Below, in pieces: positions 11,280 through 22,356 of a stretch of DNA of 64,000 nt; the first letter of the stretch is position 1; every line of letters starts with the position of its first letter. This DNA comes from Hyaloraphidium curvatum SAG 235-1 (lineage: Eukaryota; Fungi; Monoblepharomycota): assembly GCA_025558095.1 (NCBI GenBank), contig JAIVFI010000020.1, forward strand, positions 496,001-560,000. Reading direction: 5' to 3'. Both the position numbers and the translations under genes were made by a program. The notes under the pieces are model-generated. The model saw only the letters and a program-made list of their open reading frames with translations, did not search any database and had not been told where the DNA came from.

Positions 11280-12761
11280 ATGTCGGAGGACGCGATCCCG
11301 CGGATCCCCGATCTCGAGGCGACGACGCTCGAGTTCCTGCTGACCGTCGACGATGCCGCCGTGCGCGCCGACGCCGCCGCGAAGCTCGTCGAGAAGGTCG
11401 TCAAGCACGGTGGGCCGCCCGGCACACGCCCCCGCCGCGCTGACGCCGCGCAGACATGGGGCCGTACTACAGGAAGCTGACGGCGGAGTACCCGGCGCTG
11501 GTGCTGGCGGACGCGGCGCTGCAGGCGGACCTGGACCGCAAAAACGAGGAGGAGCTCAAGAAGCTCGAGGACCGGATAGAGGACGCGACGCAGAACCTCG
11601 GCGAGACGGACATCAGCGATGCGCTGACCGCCAAGGCGCTCTACCTGTCGCAGATCGGCGACAAGGTGCGTGCCGCCGGGCCGGGGATCTGGGGACGCGG
11701 CAGACCGACGCGACGCGTCCAAACAGGAGAAGGCGCTGTCGGCGTACCGCGTGGCCCACGACAAGACGTCGCCGCTGGGGTCGAGGATCGACATCGTGTT
11801 TGCGATAACGCGGATCGGCTTCTTTTTCCGCGACGACGATACCATCTCGAGAAACATCGAGAAGCTCAAGAGGTGGGCCGGGGCAGATCCGGCACCCGGC
11901 GCCCGTCGCTGACACTCCATACCTGCGCATTGCAGCCTGATCGAGGAAGGAGGCGACTGGGACCGCCGGAATAGGCTCAAGGTCTACGAGGGCATATACC
12001 AGCTGTCGATCCGCAACTTCCAGGGCGCCGTGAACCTCCTCCTCGACTCCCTCGCCACCTTCACCAGCACCGAACTCATGGACTACAAGGACTTTGTGCG
12101 CTACACCGTGCTCGCCGCGTGCCTGGCGCTCAACCGGCCAGACATGAAGAAGAAGGTAGCGGGTCGCACGCACTGGGGAAAGCATCTGTGCCATAATCTG
12201 CCTATGCAGGTGCTCAACGCGCCCGAGATCCTGGAAGTCATTCACGAGATACCACACCTGGAGGACTACATGACGTCGCTGTACAACGGCGAGTACGCCA
12301 AGTTCTTCAACGCCCTCGGTGAGCCGGCTTTCTCTCCAGCGCAGCACCGCGACTGACGCGCAACAGCCGCCGTCGAGCACTCCCTCAAGCTCGACCGCAT
12401 CCTCGCCGCCCACTACCGCTTCTACGTCCGCGAAATGCGGATCATCGCCTATACCCAGCTCCTCGAGTCCTACCGCTCCCTGACCATCGAAAGCATGGCC
12501 AACAGCTTCGGCGTAACGGAAGAGTTCATCGACAAGTGGGTCCTCCGGTCTGTCTGCCGTGCTGTTGCTGACGATCGGGCGCGCAGCGACCTCTCCCGCT
12601 TCATCGCGTCGCAGCGGCTCAACGCCGTGATCGACAAGGTCGCCGGCATCGTCGAGACCAACCGGCCCGACGCCAAAAACGCGCAGTACCAGTCCGCGAT
12701 CAAGCAGGGCGACGCGCTGCTGAACCGGATCCAGAAGCTCGCGTCCTACGTCGCGGTCTGA
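11280..12761 (+). CDS. RPN7: 26S proteasome lid subunit Rpn7 (PSMD6)
   Basis: [39 protein letters not shown] domain [38 protein letters not shown]; about six introns. Confidence 0.95.
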
Positions 12762-12798
12762 ATATGTACCAGCGGCCGAACTAGATCCGCGGCGGCCC

Positions 12799-14216
12799 TC
12801 AGTCGTCCCTGAACCTCTTCCACGGCGGCGCGCCGAGCTCGAACTCGTAGGCCGCGTCGCCCTCCTCGTCCAGCCGCCGCCTGTTGGCCGCCCTCTCCGC
12901 GTCGTCGTGCCGGATCCTCTCCTTGGCCTGCGTCGAGGACGGACCCCGGTTCCGGAGCTCCGGGTGCGTGGGCAGCAGCGCGGGCGCGCACGCCCGCGGG
13001 CTCTCGCGGAACCAGTCGTGCTCCAGGGCGCGCGCGGCGGGGAGGCGCGCGGAGGGGTTGTAGGTCATCATGCAGTTGAAGAGCTCGATGGCGGCGCGGG
13101 AGGCCTCGGGGAACTTGAGCTTCGTCTGGTTGTACCTGTGCGTGCGAGGAGTGAGATTGTGCTCTGCACCAGGGAATGGGCCGACATGATACAGACGAGT
13201 TCTTGCCGAGGTCCATGGACCTTGCCAGGGGCAGCCTGTCGAAGCCGGGCCACACGTTCGTGTTCGGCCGACCAATAAGGTCGGCAATGAGCCGAGCTTG
13301 CTGCTGCTCCGTCGTCCCGGGCAGCAAGGGGCGGTGAAGGAGGAACTCGCCGAAGATGCAGGCGGCAGACCTAGAACGTGGATCTGTCAACTGGCTGCCG
13401 CCAAGGCACGATCGTGGGCACTTGCCATATGTCGATCGCGGTCGTGTACACTTTCTCGCCGAAAAGGAGCTCCGGTGCGCGGTACCACAGCGTGACGACC
13501 TTGGGCGTCATTGGCCTGTACGGCTTGCCGATCTTTCGAGCCAGGCCAAAGTCAGCTGAGCAGCCGAGGCAAATAAATGAGCGATGTAAACACATCAAGA
13601 GCCAACAGAATGTGATGCCCACCGATCTTCAGGATTCCGTCCTTCGTGAGCAAAAGGTTTGAAAGCTTCAGGTCGCGGTGGATGCCGTTGTGGTCGTGGA
13701 GGTACCGAATACCCTCGAGCAACTGCTGCATGAGGCACTTGACTGCCGAGAATGGCGGTCAAGACATCTGAAGACGTGCTATCGATCGATCCCACTCTCG
13801 GAAGTCGTGTAGGGAGTCGACACATTGTCCATCAGGTTCGCCATGTCCTGCTCGCAGTACTCCATCCCCATGAATATGCTGTCCAGCGACGAGCCGACCA
13901 CGACATCCGTAACGCGAACAATGTTGCGGTGTCGGAGCCCTTTGAGCATGGCAATCTCGCGCAGGCTCGACAGCGGCAGCCCGTCGGTCTCGTTCTCCAT
14001 GCGGACCTTCTTGAGCGCCACGATCTCCCCCGTACGCGTGTCCCGGGCGCGATACACGATCCCGTACGTGCCCTCGCCGATCCGGTTGAGCTTCTGGAAC
14101 TCGTCGACGCTCCGGGCCGCTCCGAGGAACGGCTTGTCGTTCGCGGGGTTTCCAAAGACCGTCCGTGCCCCGCTGACCGAGATCAGCTCGAGGCCGCCCG
14201 ACGATGCCTCGCCCAT
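12799..14216 (-). CDS. CDK10: Cyclin-dependent kinase 10 (PISSLRE-type)
   Basis: [68 protein letters not shown]; multi-exon. Confidence 0.85.
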
Positions 14217-14417
14217 GTTTTGTAACCAATGCAGAGCGACCAAGAGACCGACAGCGACAATCACGGCACCAAGGCCCGCACTTTGTGACTTGTTGGCAAC
14301 GTTCCCTTGGTCGCCTCTCCAGCCGCCCCCCTCCTGGGCCAACCGTTGCTCGCCGGCCCTCCGCCCACGCCGCGCCGCCGCCGCCGTTCCCCGCGGCCAG
14401 CTGGGCACCCCTTTGCC

Positions 14418-15538
14418 ATGTCCCGCAAGTCGCGCACCGACGACGACGACGTGTGGCAGTCGGTGTGCCAGAAGCTGGCCGACGTCCACGCGGCGCGGAT
14501 CACAAGCCATGACGTGGTCGAGAACGCAAACCGCGTGCACCAGAAGATTGTTCAGATGCAGGGGCGCACGCAACCATGTGGGTGGCCCCGTCATCCGATC
14601 CGGGCCGATGACGCTGATGCTGGACCGCCGGTGATCCGATTGATACCCGTGATCTCGCCGCCCTCCTCAATGTCTCAAAGCCGGACTTGTCGGTGCCGCT
14701 CAGGATCTGTTTCGACTATACAGCGACGCACACAGCAAGCTGGCGCACGAGCTGAGGTTGGTGTGCGCAGGAAACCCGTCGCCGGGGCTTGTTGGCCCGG
14801 CGAGGTTCGGCACGAACGGCTTTCGCTGACGGATCCGCCCCGCCTCCGTGCTCCGTCTGCAGAGCGATAGATTCCGTGATTGAGCACCTCGACATTTTCC
14901 GGGCCATGCGGACCGCGGATGAGGCCAACCGTAGGTTCCTTTGCCAAAGCGTTGGATCACCGCGCCCTTCGGCTCACCCGCGCCCCATCCGCCCAGTCGA
15001 CCAAATCAGGCGCAAAAAGCGCCGCCTGGACGAGGGCACCCCGTCGCCCGCGCCGTCTCCGGGCCCGACAATCACCCCCTTTGGGTACCCGGAGATTGTT
15101 CCAGTTGGCTCCGAGGTTGCCGTCCAACCCGTGGACCAACCGTGGATGCTGGCCACCGTGCAGTCGTACCGTCCCGAAAAGGGAAAGTACGAGGTCGAGG
15201 ACATCGACGTCGACGAGGAGACGGGCACCAAACGGTGGGTTGGTCGGTCGGCACGCTACCGCCGATGACTAACTGCGTTCTCGCTCAGGCGCTACGTTTT
15301 CCCGGCCAAAGCCGTCCACCCCATCCTGCCGAATCGGCCAGAAATGACCCAGGGTTCTTTCGTGCTGGCCCTTTACCCCGGAACCACGTGTTTCTACCAG
15401 GCGACCATCCTCGGCGCGCCCTCGCAAAACAGAAGCACCTACATGGTGCTCTTTGACGACGACAACAACGAGACGCGGCTCGTGGAGAGGAAGTACGTGC
15501 TGCCGATACCTACCAGGCCGGTCAAGCTCAAGAAGTAG
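14418..15538 (+). CDS. SGF29: SAGA-associated factor 29 (tandem Tudor)
   Basis: N-terminal helical exons, then GSEVA...WMLATV...KYEVEDID and VLALYPGTTCFYQA...YMVLFDDD tandem Tudor motifs. Confidence 0.85.
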
Positions 15539-15814
15539 AGCCGCGGCGCCGCGGAGATTGATGAACTGATTCGAGCATGTTGCTCCTGCCATGATGTATG
15601 TCTTGACGTGATGGACCTGTCGCTGTTGTTGTACCAGCGGAAGTCGGGGAACGGGAGCCATGACGCCTCGTGGCCCGCCGCCACTTGCCACTTCCGCAAC
15701 CGCTTCGCTTTGCGGTTCTTCTCCACGCCGCCAACGGACACCTCGAGCGACCACCGACCTCTCCGCGTGTCATCAGCCGTCCCTTGATCATTTGCCGGGG
15801 ACTTTTGGCCCGCG

Positions 15815-17013
15815 ATGGCGTCCAGTGCCTCCCACGCTGCGGAATCGCATTCGGCGGTCGGAATCGCGCTGTCCGACCAGAAACCGATTTACCGGCAACA
15901 ACATGTCGCCGAGCGCTACGTATATGGAGGATTGGCTTGCATGATAGTGGGATTTGCCCTTTTTTCGAGCGGCGTGGAGTGGTGGTGTTGACTTCTTCCT
16001 CCCGGCTCGCTTCCCAACGCCTCCCCTCTTGATCCTGCCCCTCTCCGCTGCAGGCCGCGACTGTGACCCAGCCTATAGACTTGATTAAAGTGCGCCTGCA
16101 GCTGCAGAAAACGTCAAGTGGGCCCCCGAAGTACAAAGGGATGTTTTCTGGGATGGTCCTGGTCGTCAAAGAAGAGGGGATTCGCGGACTCTTTCGGGGC
16201 CTGCCGCCGTCGCTGCTTCGGGAAGCGACTTACTCGGCAATCCGCTTGGGACTCTACGACCAGCTGAGAAGCAAGTATGTTCTGAAGACGGACGAGAACG
16301 GGGTTAATCACGGCCAGGAGACTCTCTGGAAGAAGATCGTTGCGGGAATGATCTCGGGCGGTCTCGGCTGCGCGCTCTGCTCCCCCAGCGACTTGATCAA
16401 GGTGCAAATGCAGGCCTTGACGCCGACGGGGAAGCCCGTCCACCCGTCGATGGCAGCTGCTGTCCGGACTATCGTTGCTCGGTCGGGAGTTCCGGGCCTT
16501 TGGGCGGGCGTGGGGCCGAATTCTCTTCGCGCCATGTTCCTCACGGCATCCCAGCTGCCGAGCTACGACCACACGAAGCACCTGCTCCTCCAGAGCGGGT
16601 TTTCGTGGGCGAAGGAGGGGTTGCCGCTGCACGCCGTCTGCTCTATGGTCGCGGGGTTTGTGTCGTCAGTTGGTGGGTCCCAATCGTTGCATCGTTTGTC
16701 GAACGCTTCTCATCATATCGTGCCGTAATCAGTGACGTGCCCGGTTGACGTGGTGAGTTGCCCCTGACGGACGCTCTTCATCTCTAGCATCTTATATGGC
16801 TCGCTCTTCCAGGTCAAATCCAGAGTCATGAACGACACGAAAGGAGAGTACCGGAACGCTTTGGACTGCGTCGTCAAATCCGTGAGGAACGAAGGCCCGC
16901 TCTGCTTGTACAAGGGCCTGCTGGCGAATTGGCTGCGCCTTGGACCGCATTCGCTGGTCACCTTTTTGGCTCTCGAGCAGCTGAGGAAGTTGGCGGGCGT
17001 GAGCCCAGTCTAG
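15815..17013 (+). CDS. Mitochondrial carrier (SLC25; UCP/dicarboxylate/oxoglutarate-like)
   Basis: Three carrier signatures: PIDLIKVRLQ, PSDLIKVQMQ, and PVDVVKSRVM (the last via a 20-nt micro-exon at 16733-16752); C-terminal WLRLGPH. Confidence 0.9.
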
Positions 17014-17081
17014 ATCGCGAAAAGCTAGATTGTAGATCTTTTGTTCACCATGAGCCGCGCCATCAAAGCCGCTGATCGTCT

Positions 17082-18804
17082 TTATTCTTTGAGCTCTACA
17101 GCACCTGTGAGCTCTACAGCACCTGCGGGCAAAGACTGATCTGTGTCTGAAATGGGGCAGGCGCCTGCCGCGGAACGGGCTTTCCACATCTCCCGCTGGC
17201 TTCGGTTCCGCCGCCGCCTTTCCTGGCCGCGGTGCGCACGGCTCTTCAAGTGGTCCTCAAACTGGCCCTCGGGTATCATCCGCGGCTTGCCCTCGTCGTC
17301 GGTGCAGACCGGGCACGGCACGTGCGGCTGCATTCCCCGGGTTCCGCTGGCAGAAAGCAGCGACGCCAGGACCGAATCCGCGCTCGGCGAGGCCGGAGTG
17401 GCTTCCAGGAAAGCGAGGACGCGGTTCTCCGCTTCGACAACGATCTCGTCCCAAGGCCGGTCATCGACGGGCAGGGCATGGGCATCCCCCGCGCGCAGGC
17501 CAGTGCCGGGAAACGGCAGCGGCTCCTCCCGGAGTACAGCCGGCGCCAGCCTGTTCCGCAGCCACTGCAGCTGTGTCCGCGCGTAGCGCCTCGTGCGCTG
17601 CCTCATCCGCTCCAGGCCATCAGCGAGGCTCCTCTCCGGGTCCGCGGCCGCCGGGTTGCCGGAAGACGCGAGGCCCAGGTGGTCCGAAAACTCCTTGAAC
17701 CCAATCGCCTGGCCGATCCCTCGGGTCCAGTCGACGATCGTCGATGTCCCGTCGCCATCCTCGACGCGTTTCGACGCCGGAAGTTCGCCGCGCTCAACGG
17801 CTGGCTTCAAGGCAGCCAGCTCTTCCAGCAGCCCTCGCTCGATCATCGCATCCACGCGGGCATCCAGGCGCGGATCGAGCCTCTCCGGGGGCGAGTAGAC
17901 CCACAGCAACACTGTCCGAAATCTGAGCGACGACGCTCCCTCCCGTTCCCGCTTCTGTGCCTCCCACAGCTCCGATTGTGCACCCTGGGAAAGGAACACT
18001 TCGAGCGATCGGCGGACCTTGCGGACGTCGTTCGGGTGCCGGAGGAGGGCCACCGGCGGGTCCGCGAACGAGAGGAGGGAGTGGAGGGTTGCGGCAGGGG
18101 TGGAGGGATGTGCTAAGGCGGCCCTGACTAGGGATCGCAGGTCCTCCACGGTCGGTGGGTTGGCGGGATCGGGTGGTTCGGGCGGCTCGGCGCCGTGTTC
18201 GGCCGCTCGCTCAATCCAGCCGCCATGTTCGGATGTCGCAGACCCATCCGCTGGCGCCGACGGCTCCGCGGAGTCCAGGAAGGCACCCGAGGTCAAAGTG
18301 TTCCGAAAGAGCAAGCTCTGCACGTAGTAGCCGGTACCGCCGGCGACCACGACGCCCCTCCCCCCCTCGGCCCGGATCCGCTCGATGATATCCAGCGCAT
18401 CTCGGACGAATTCGGGGGCCGTGTACTCCATGGTGTGGTCCAGGTGGCCCACGAGGTGGTGCCGGACCTTCGCAAAGTCCTCCGGGGTCGGGTGGTTGGT
18501 CGCGATCGGCAGGGAGGCATATACCTGCATCGAGTCCGCCGAGATGATTTCCAAGGGAGGGGATCCGGGGGAACAGAGTGGGGATAGTGACAGACGCTGG
18601 GCGAGGTCGAGCGCGAGCTGCGACTTGCCTGCCGGTCGCGTGAGCCGCCTCGAGCAAGCCAGAGCGGGCGGCGATAGACTGACCGACTCCGGTGGAACCG
18701 ACGACGGCTATGACGACGAACTCCTCGGCCGGGGTCGGCGCGAGCTTCGGCCCTGACTTCACGCGCTCGTCGCCGTCCCCCGCGGTCCATTCGGAACCCG
18801 CCAT
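17082..18804 (-). CDS. MOD5: tRNA dimethylallyltransferase with C-terminal zinc finger
   Basis: GSTGVGKS P-loop across an intron, IISADSMQVY, GGTGYY, HPNDVRKVRRSLE, QAIGFKEF, TRRYARTQ, CPVC...HLKSRAH. Confidence 0.93.
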
Positions 18805-19264
18805 CGTCCGCAGTCCGCCAAGCGCGACGCGTCTTCGACCAACGTGAGCCGCAAAGAAGCTTCCCGGGCCCGTCTGCGCCTTCGCTGCGGCAGAGATGGC
18901 CCGGAGCGGCTTGACAGCTCTCGGGCCGCGGAGGGATGTCACGCTTCCACGCGGGCCAAAGGCGGCCGGGATCGGGAGCCGACGATACGCCAGCTCCCTA
19001 ACGGCCTCCTGAGCAACACGGAGGGCCCAACACGCCCATCGTGGCCCCCATCGAGCCGCGCCGCGGCGATCGATCTGGTGATCGAGCCCAGTGGGGGGTC
19101 ATCCGTCAAGAGTCTCCACAGGTCGCAAGAAGGGCCATAGAAAGGAATCCGATCCATCTACGAAGCTGTACACCGACTGCCCCTTGTCATCCATCAGTTC
19201 TGCCTTCCAAGTAGCAGTTTTGCTTTCGAGTAGCACGTCCATGCCTCCGCCTCCTCCGACCAGT

Positions 19265-20957
19265 TCACGCCTCGGCAATCTGAACCTTTTGCTGCGAGAC
19301 CATCTTGGGGATCGGGTCCTCGAAGGTCGGCTTGAAGAAGCCCTTGGAGCCGTACCACCTGCCCTGAGGCCAGAACTTCCAGTACACTGACGGATGCCGC
19401 GGATCAGATCCGTCCCGCCGCAACAACGGAAGCGGCTCACCCCAGGGGAAAAAGTCCGTCTTGAGCTTGTAGAACATGTAACGCGGCATGCTCTGGTCCA
19501 GCAGGTGCCCGAACGTCTCCTTCGGCACGCCGCCGTAGGTGAACTCGGCCAGCATCAGCTCCCCGTGCGCCGTGAGAAGCGGGCACGAGGTGTACCCGTC
19601 GTACTTTGCCGTCAGCGGCGGCTGGGGGAGGCCGAGCGCGCGGGCGCGGATCATCGTCGCGAGGTTGTGCGTGAGCACGGGGGCCTGCGCGGTGATGGCG
19701 GCGATCGTCTTGGAGGTGGGGAGGTTGCTCGAGTCGCCGATGGAAAAGACGTTTCCGTAGCGGGTGTGCTGCAGCGTCTCCTTGTTCACCTCCACGAAGC
19801 CGCTGGCCGGGTCCGCGAGCGGGCTCTCGCGGACAAAGTCTGGGGCGTGGAAGGGCGGCGCGACGTGCAGGAAATCGAAGTGCTTGGTGACGATCTCGCC
19901 GGCCGGGTTCTTGAACTTGGCTTCCCTCGCCGCGGCGTCCACCTCGACCAGCTCGTGGCCGAAGCTGGCGTTGACCTTGCGCTCCTCGCGCAGGATGTTG
20001 AGCGCGTCGCTGTACTTTTGCACCGCGAACATGGCGGGCCCCGCGGGGCAGTATTCCACCTTCATCTGGTGCCGCACGCCGTGCTTGCGCCAGTCTGGCG
20101 GGCGGATGCACGGATCAGACACATCTTCATGCCGCAACCGCGCTGATGTCAACCCACAGTCCTCGGAAAGGAACATCATCTTAATCGGCGCCCCACCGCA
20201 CTTGATCACGCCCGCAGGGGACGTGAAGATCGCCGTGCCCCTCTGGAACCCCTTGACGAGCTCGTAGGCCTTGTCGGCGAACCGAAAATCGTAGATTGTT
20301 GCCACAGGCGAAGAGGGATCCTCTAGCGCCTCCTTGAGCCCCTTGACGCGGCCGAAGTCGGTCTGAAGGCCGGCCGCGACGACGAGGAAGTCGTACGAGA
20401 CGTCCGAGCCGTCGTCGAGCGATAGTTTGTTGCGTTCCGGATCGAACTTGGCGACGGCCTTCTTGATCCAGGTGGCGTGGGCGGGCATCACCTCCGCCAT
20501 GGGCTTCCACGTCGTCGAGAGCGGGGCGATGCCCGAACCGACGAGCGTCCATCCGGGCTCTTCGGGTGGAGAGAAGGCGGTTGGAGAAAGGCGGACGGCG
20601 GTCAGGAAAGCCATCATCGGCGGAGCAGCAACATTCAGTCAGCCGGCGACTCGATGCATGCAATGCCTGCGCCTCACGGTAGTAATGCACGTCGCTCGGC
20701 TCCACCACCACGATGTCGACCCCGCCCTTGACGTACGCATCCGACTTGAGCGCGTTGTGCAGCTGCGAGGCAACGCCGACCCCGGCGGAGCCGCCGCCGA
20801 CGATGACGACCTTCTGCCGCTTCCCGGGGGTCTCGGCGTGCACGGCGTTGGAGAACGGGGAGGCGCGGGCGACGCCCACGGCCGCGGCTGCGCCGCCCGC
20901 CGCGAATGCGAGCAGGACCACGCGTGGGCGGGAGAGGAGCGGGCGGAAGGCGCTCAT
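19265..20957 (-). CDS. SQOR: Sulfide:quinone oxidoreductase, mitochondrial
   Basis: GGGSAG FAD motif, HYYQPGWTLVG (spliced), IKCGGAP, PTSKT.AAI..Q, YDGYTSCPL, LAEF.YGG; mitochondrial-type N-terminus. Confidence 0.92.
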
Positions 20958-21532
20958 TGCTTTCGACTGCCTGGCAAGAAGATGGAGTTGGCCGGAATGT
21001 CGTTCCGTCACGTCCTGGCGCTTGGATTTGAAGCGCTTTGTCAGCTTCGGGATCGGGGCCCCCCGTCGGAGCTCTGAGACGCCACTCGGGCGTCCCCGGA
21101 AAAGTCGCATCCTAGACATGCGAGGGCTTGAAGTGGATGCAGGTAGCTGATGCGATAATCCTCTGTCCATCTGGGGTAAATGATGACCGTCGGCGCTTGC
21201 TCCTGCCTCTACCTCCGTCACGGCACACCCCAGGACCATGCTATCGCACCTCCAGGCAATAACTGTACTCGGCAACTCGGCTACATCGCGCGGCAAGCAA
21301 GTGCAAGACTGCACCCGGGCAGCATCCGCGGCTCCCGGCCCGTTCGTTCGACCCACAGTCAGTATTCCTTCGCCCACTTCCCGGCACCCCTTGGGTCATC
21401 CCGTGCTCCAGAGAATGTCCTCGATCCGATTCGGCACATCCAACAACGTGCAGGCCCGCAAGAAGGCAGCCGCGGCGTTCGTCCGCAGCGTAAAAGCGGT
21501 CCCCGCCGCCCACCTCCCTCCACTACCCAGGT

Positions 21533-21913
21533 TCACTCGATGAAGATCTGAACCTCGGCGTAGATCTGCCCCACGGTGACCAGCAAAAAGTACGCCGCCG
21601 GCAGCGTCACCAGCGCGGCGGCGGCCAGCTTCTCCGCCGCGCGGGACACCTTTGCCAGCGCCCCGGGGGCCTTCTCGCAGTCCAGGTGTGCGGCGGGGAG
21701 CACGGTCATGCAGCCGGTGTCGATCACCCGCAGGGCGTCCGTGAGAGTGTCGCGCGGGCGCGGCGGATGTGCGGCCGGCGTTGGGGGCGCGGGGGCGGGC
21801 GCGGGACTGAGGGTCGTCATGGCCGGGCCGAGCGCAACGCCGCTATCCTTCCGCTCCAGCGGCTTCGGCGTGGCCACCGGGAGCGCGGCGGGTTCGCTCT
21901 CGCCGAACGCCAT
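21533..21913 (-). CDS. Small hypothetical protein with C-terminal hydrophobic helix
   Basis: ATG 21913, GC3-rich codons, LAAAALVTLPAAYFLLVTVG transmembrane-like segment; no recognised family. Confidence 0.45.
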   Translation of the reverse strand: MAFGESEPAALPVATPKPLERKDSGVALGPAMTTLSPAPAPAPPTPAAHPPRPRDTLTDALRVIDTGCMTVLPAAHLDCEKAPGALAKVSRAAEKLAAAALVTLPAAYFLLVTVGQIYAEVQIFIE

Positions 21914-22356
21914 CGCGGGTGCGGGGCGGGAGGGGATCTCGGGCGTGGGAGACGGGGGAAGGAGAAGCAGGTCGGGAACCGCGGGCCGACCCGGGAGCTG
22001 TCGGCAAAGCGGCCCCGCGCACAACCCCTGGCTCTCCGGGCCGATGCGAAGCGATCCCGTCCATCAGCGGCACATCGAGCTATGCAGCAGCAGTGGAAGC
22101 AACCGCGATGGTCGTCCGAGGTCGCTGGAAGCTGTTGGACCTGCTGTGGGCTGCCATCCGCCCCACCTCATCATGGCCAGCCGATCCTTCGCGGAGCTAG
22201 CTGCGGCTATCAAGATACAATGCCTAAATGAGTCTGATGTAGCTGCCGGGGCACCATCCGTCCTGTTGTTGATGGGGAGGAAGGAGGAATGGACCCTGGC
22301 TTCCCTGTCGACCCGGGGCCGTCCGAACCCGCGTCACTCTACGCGCGTGGCCCACG

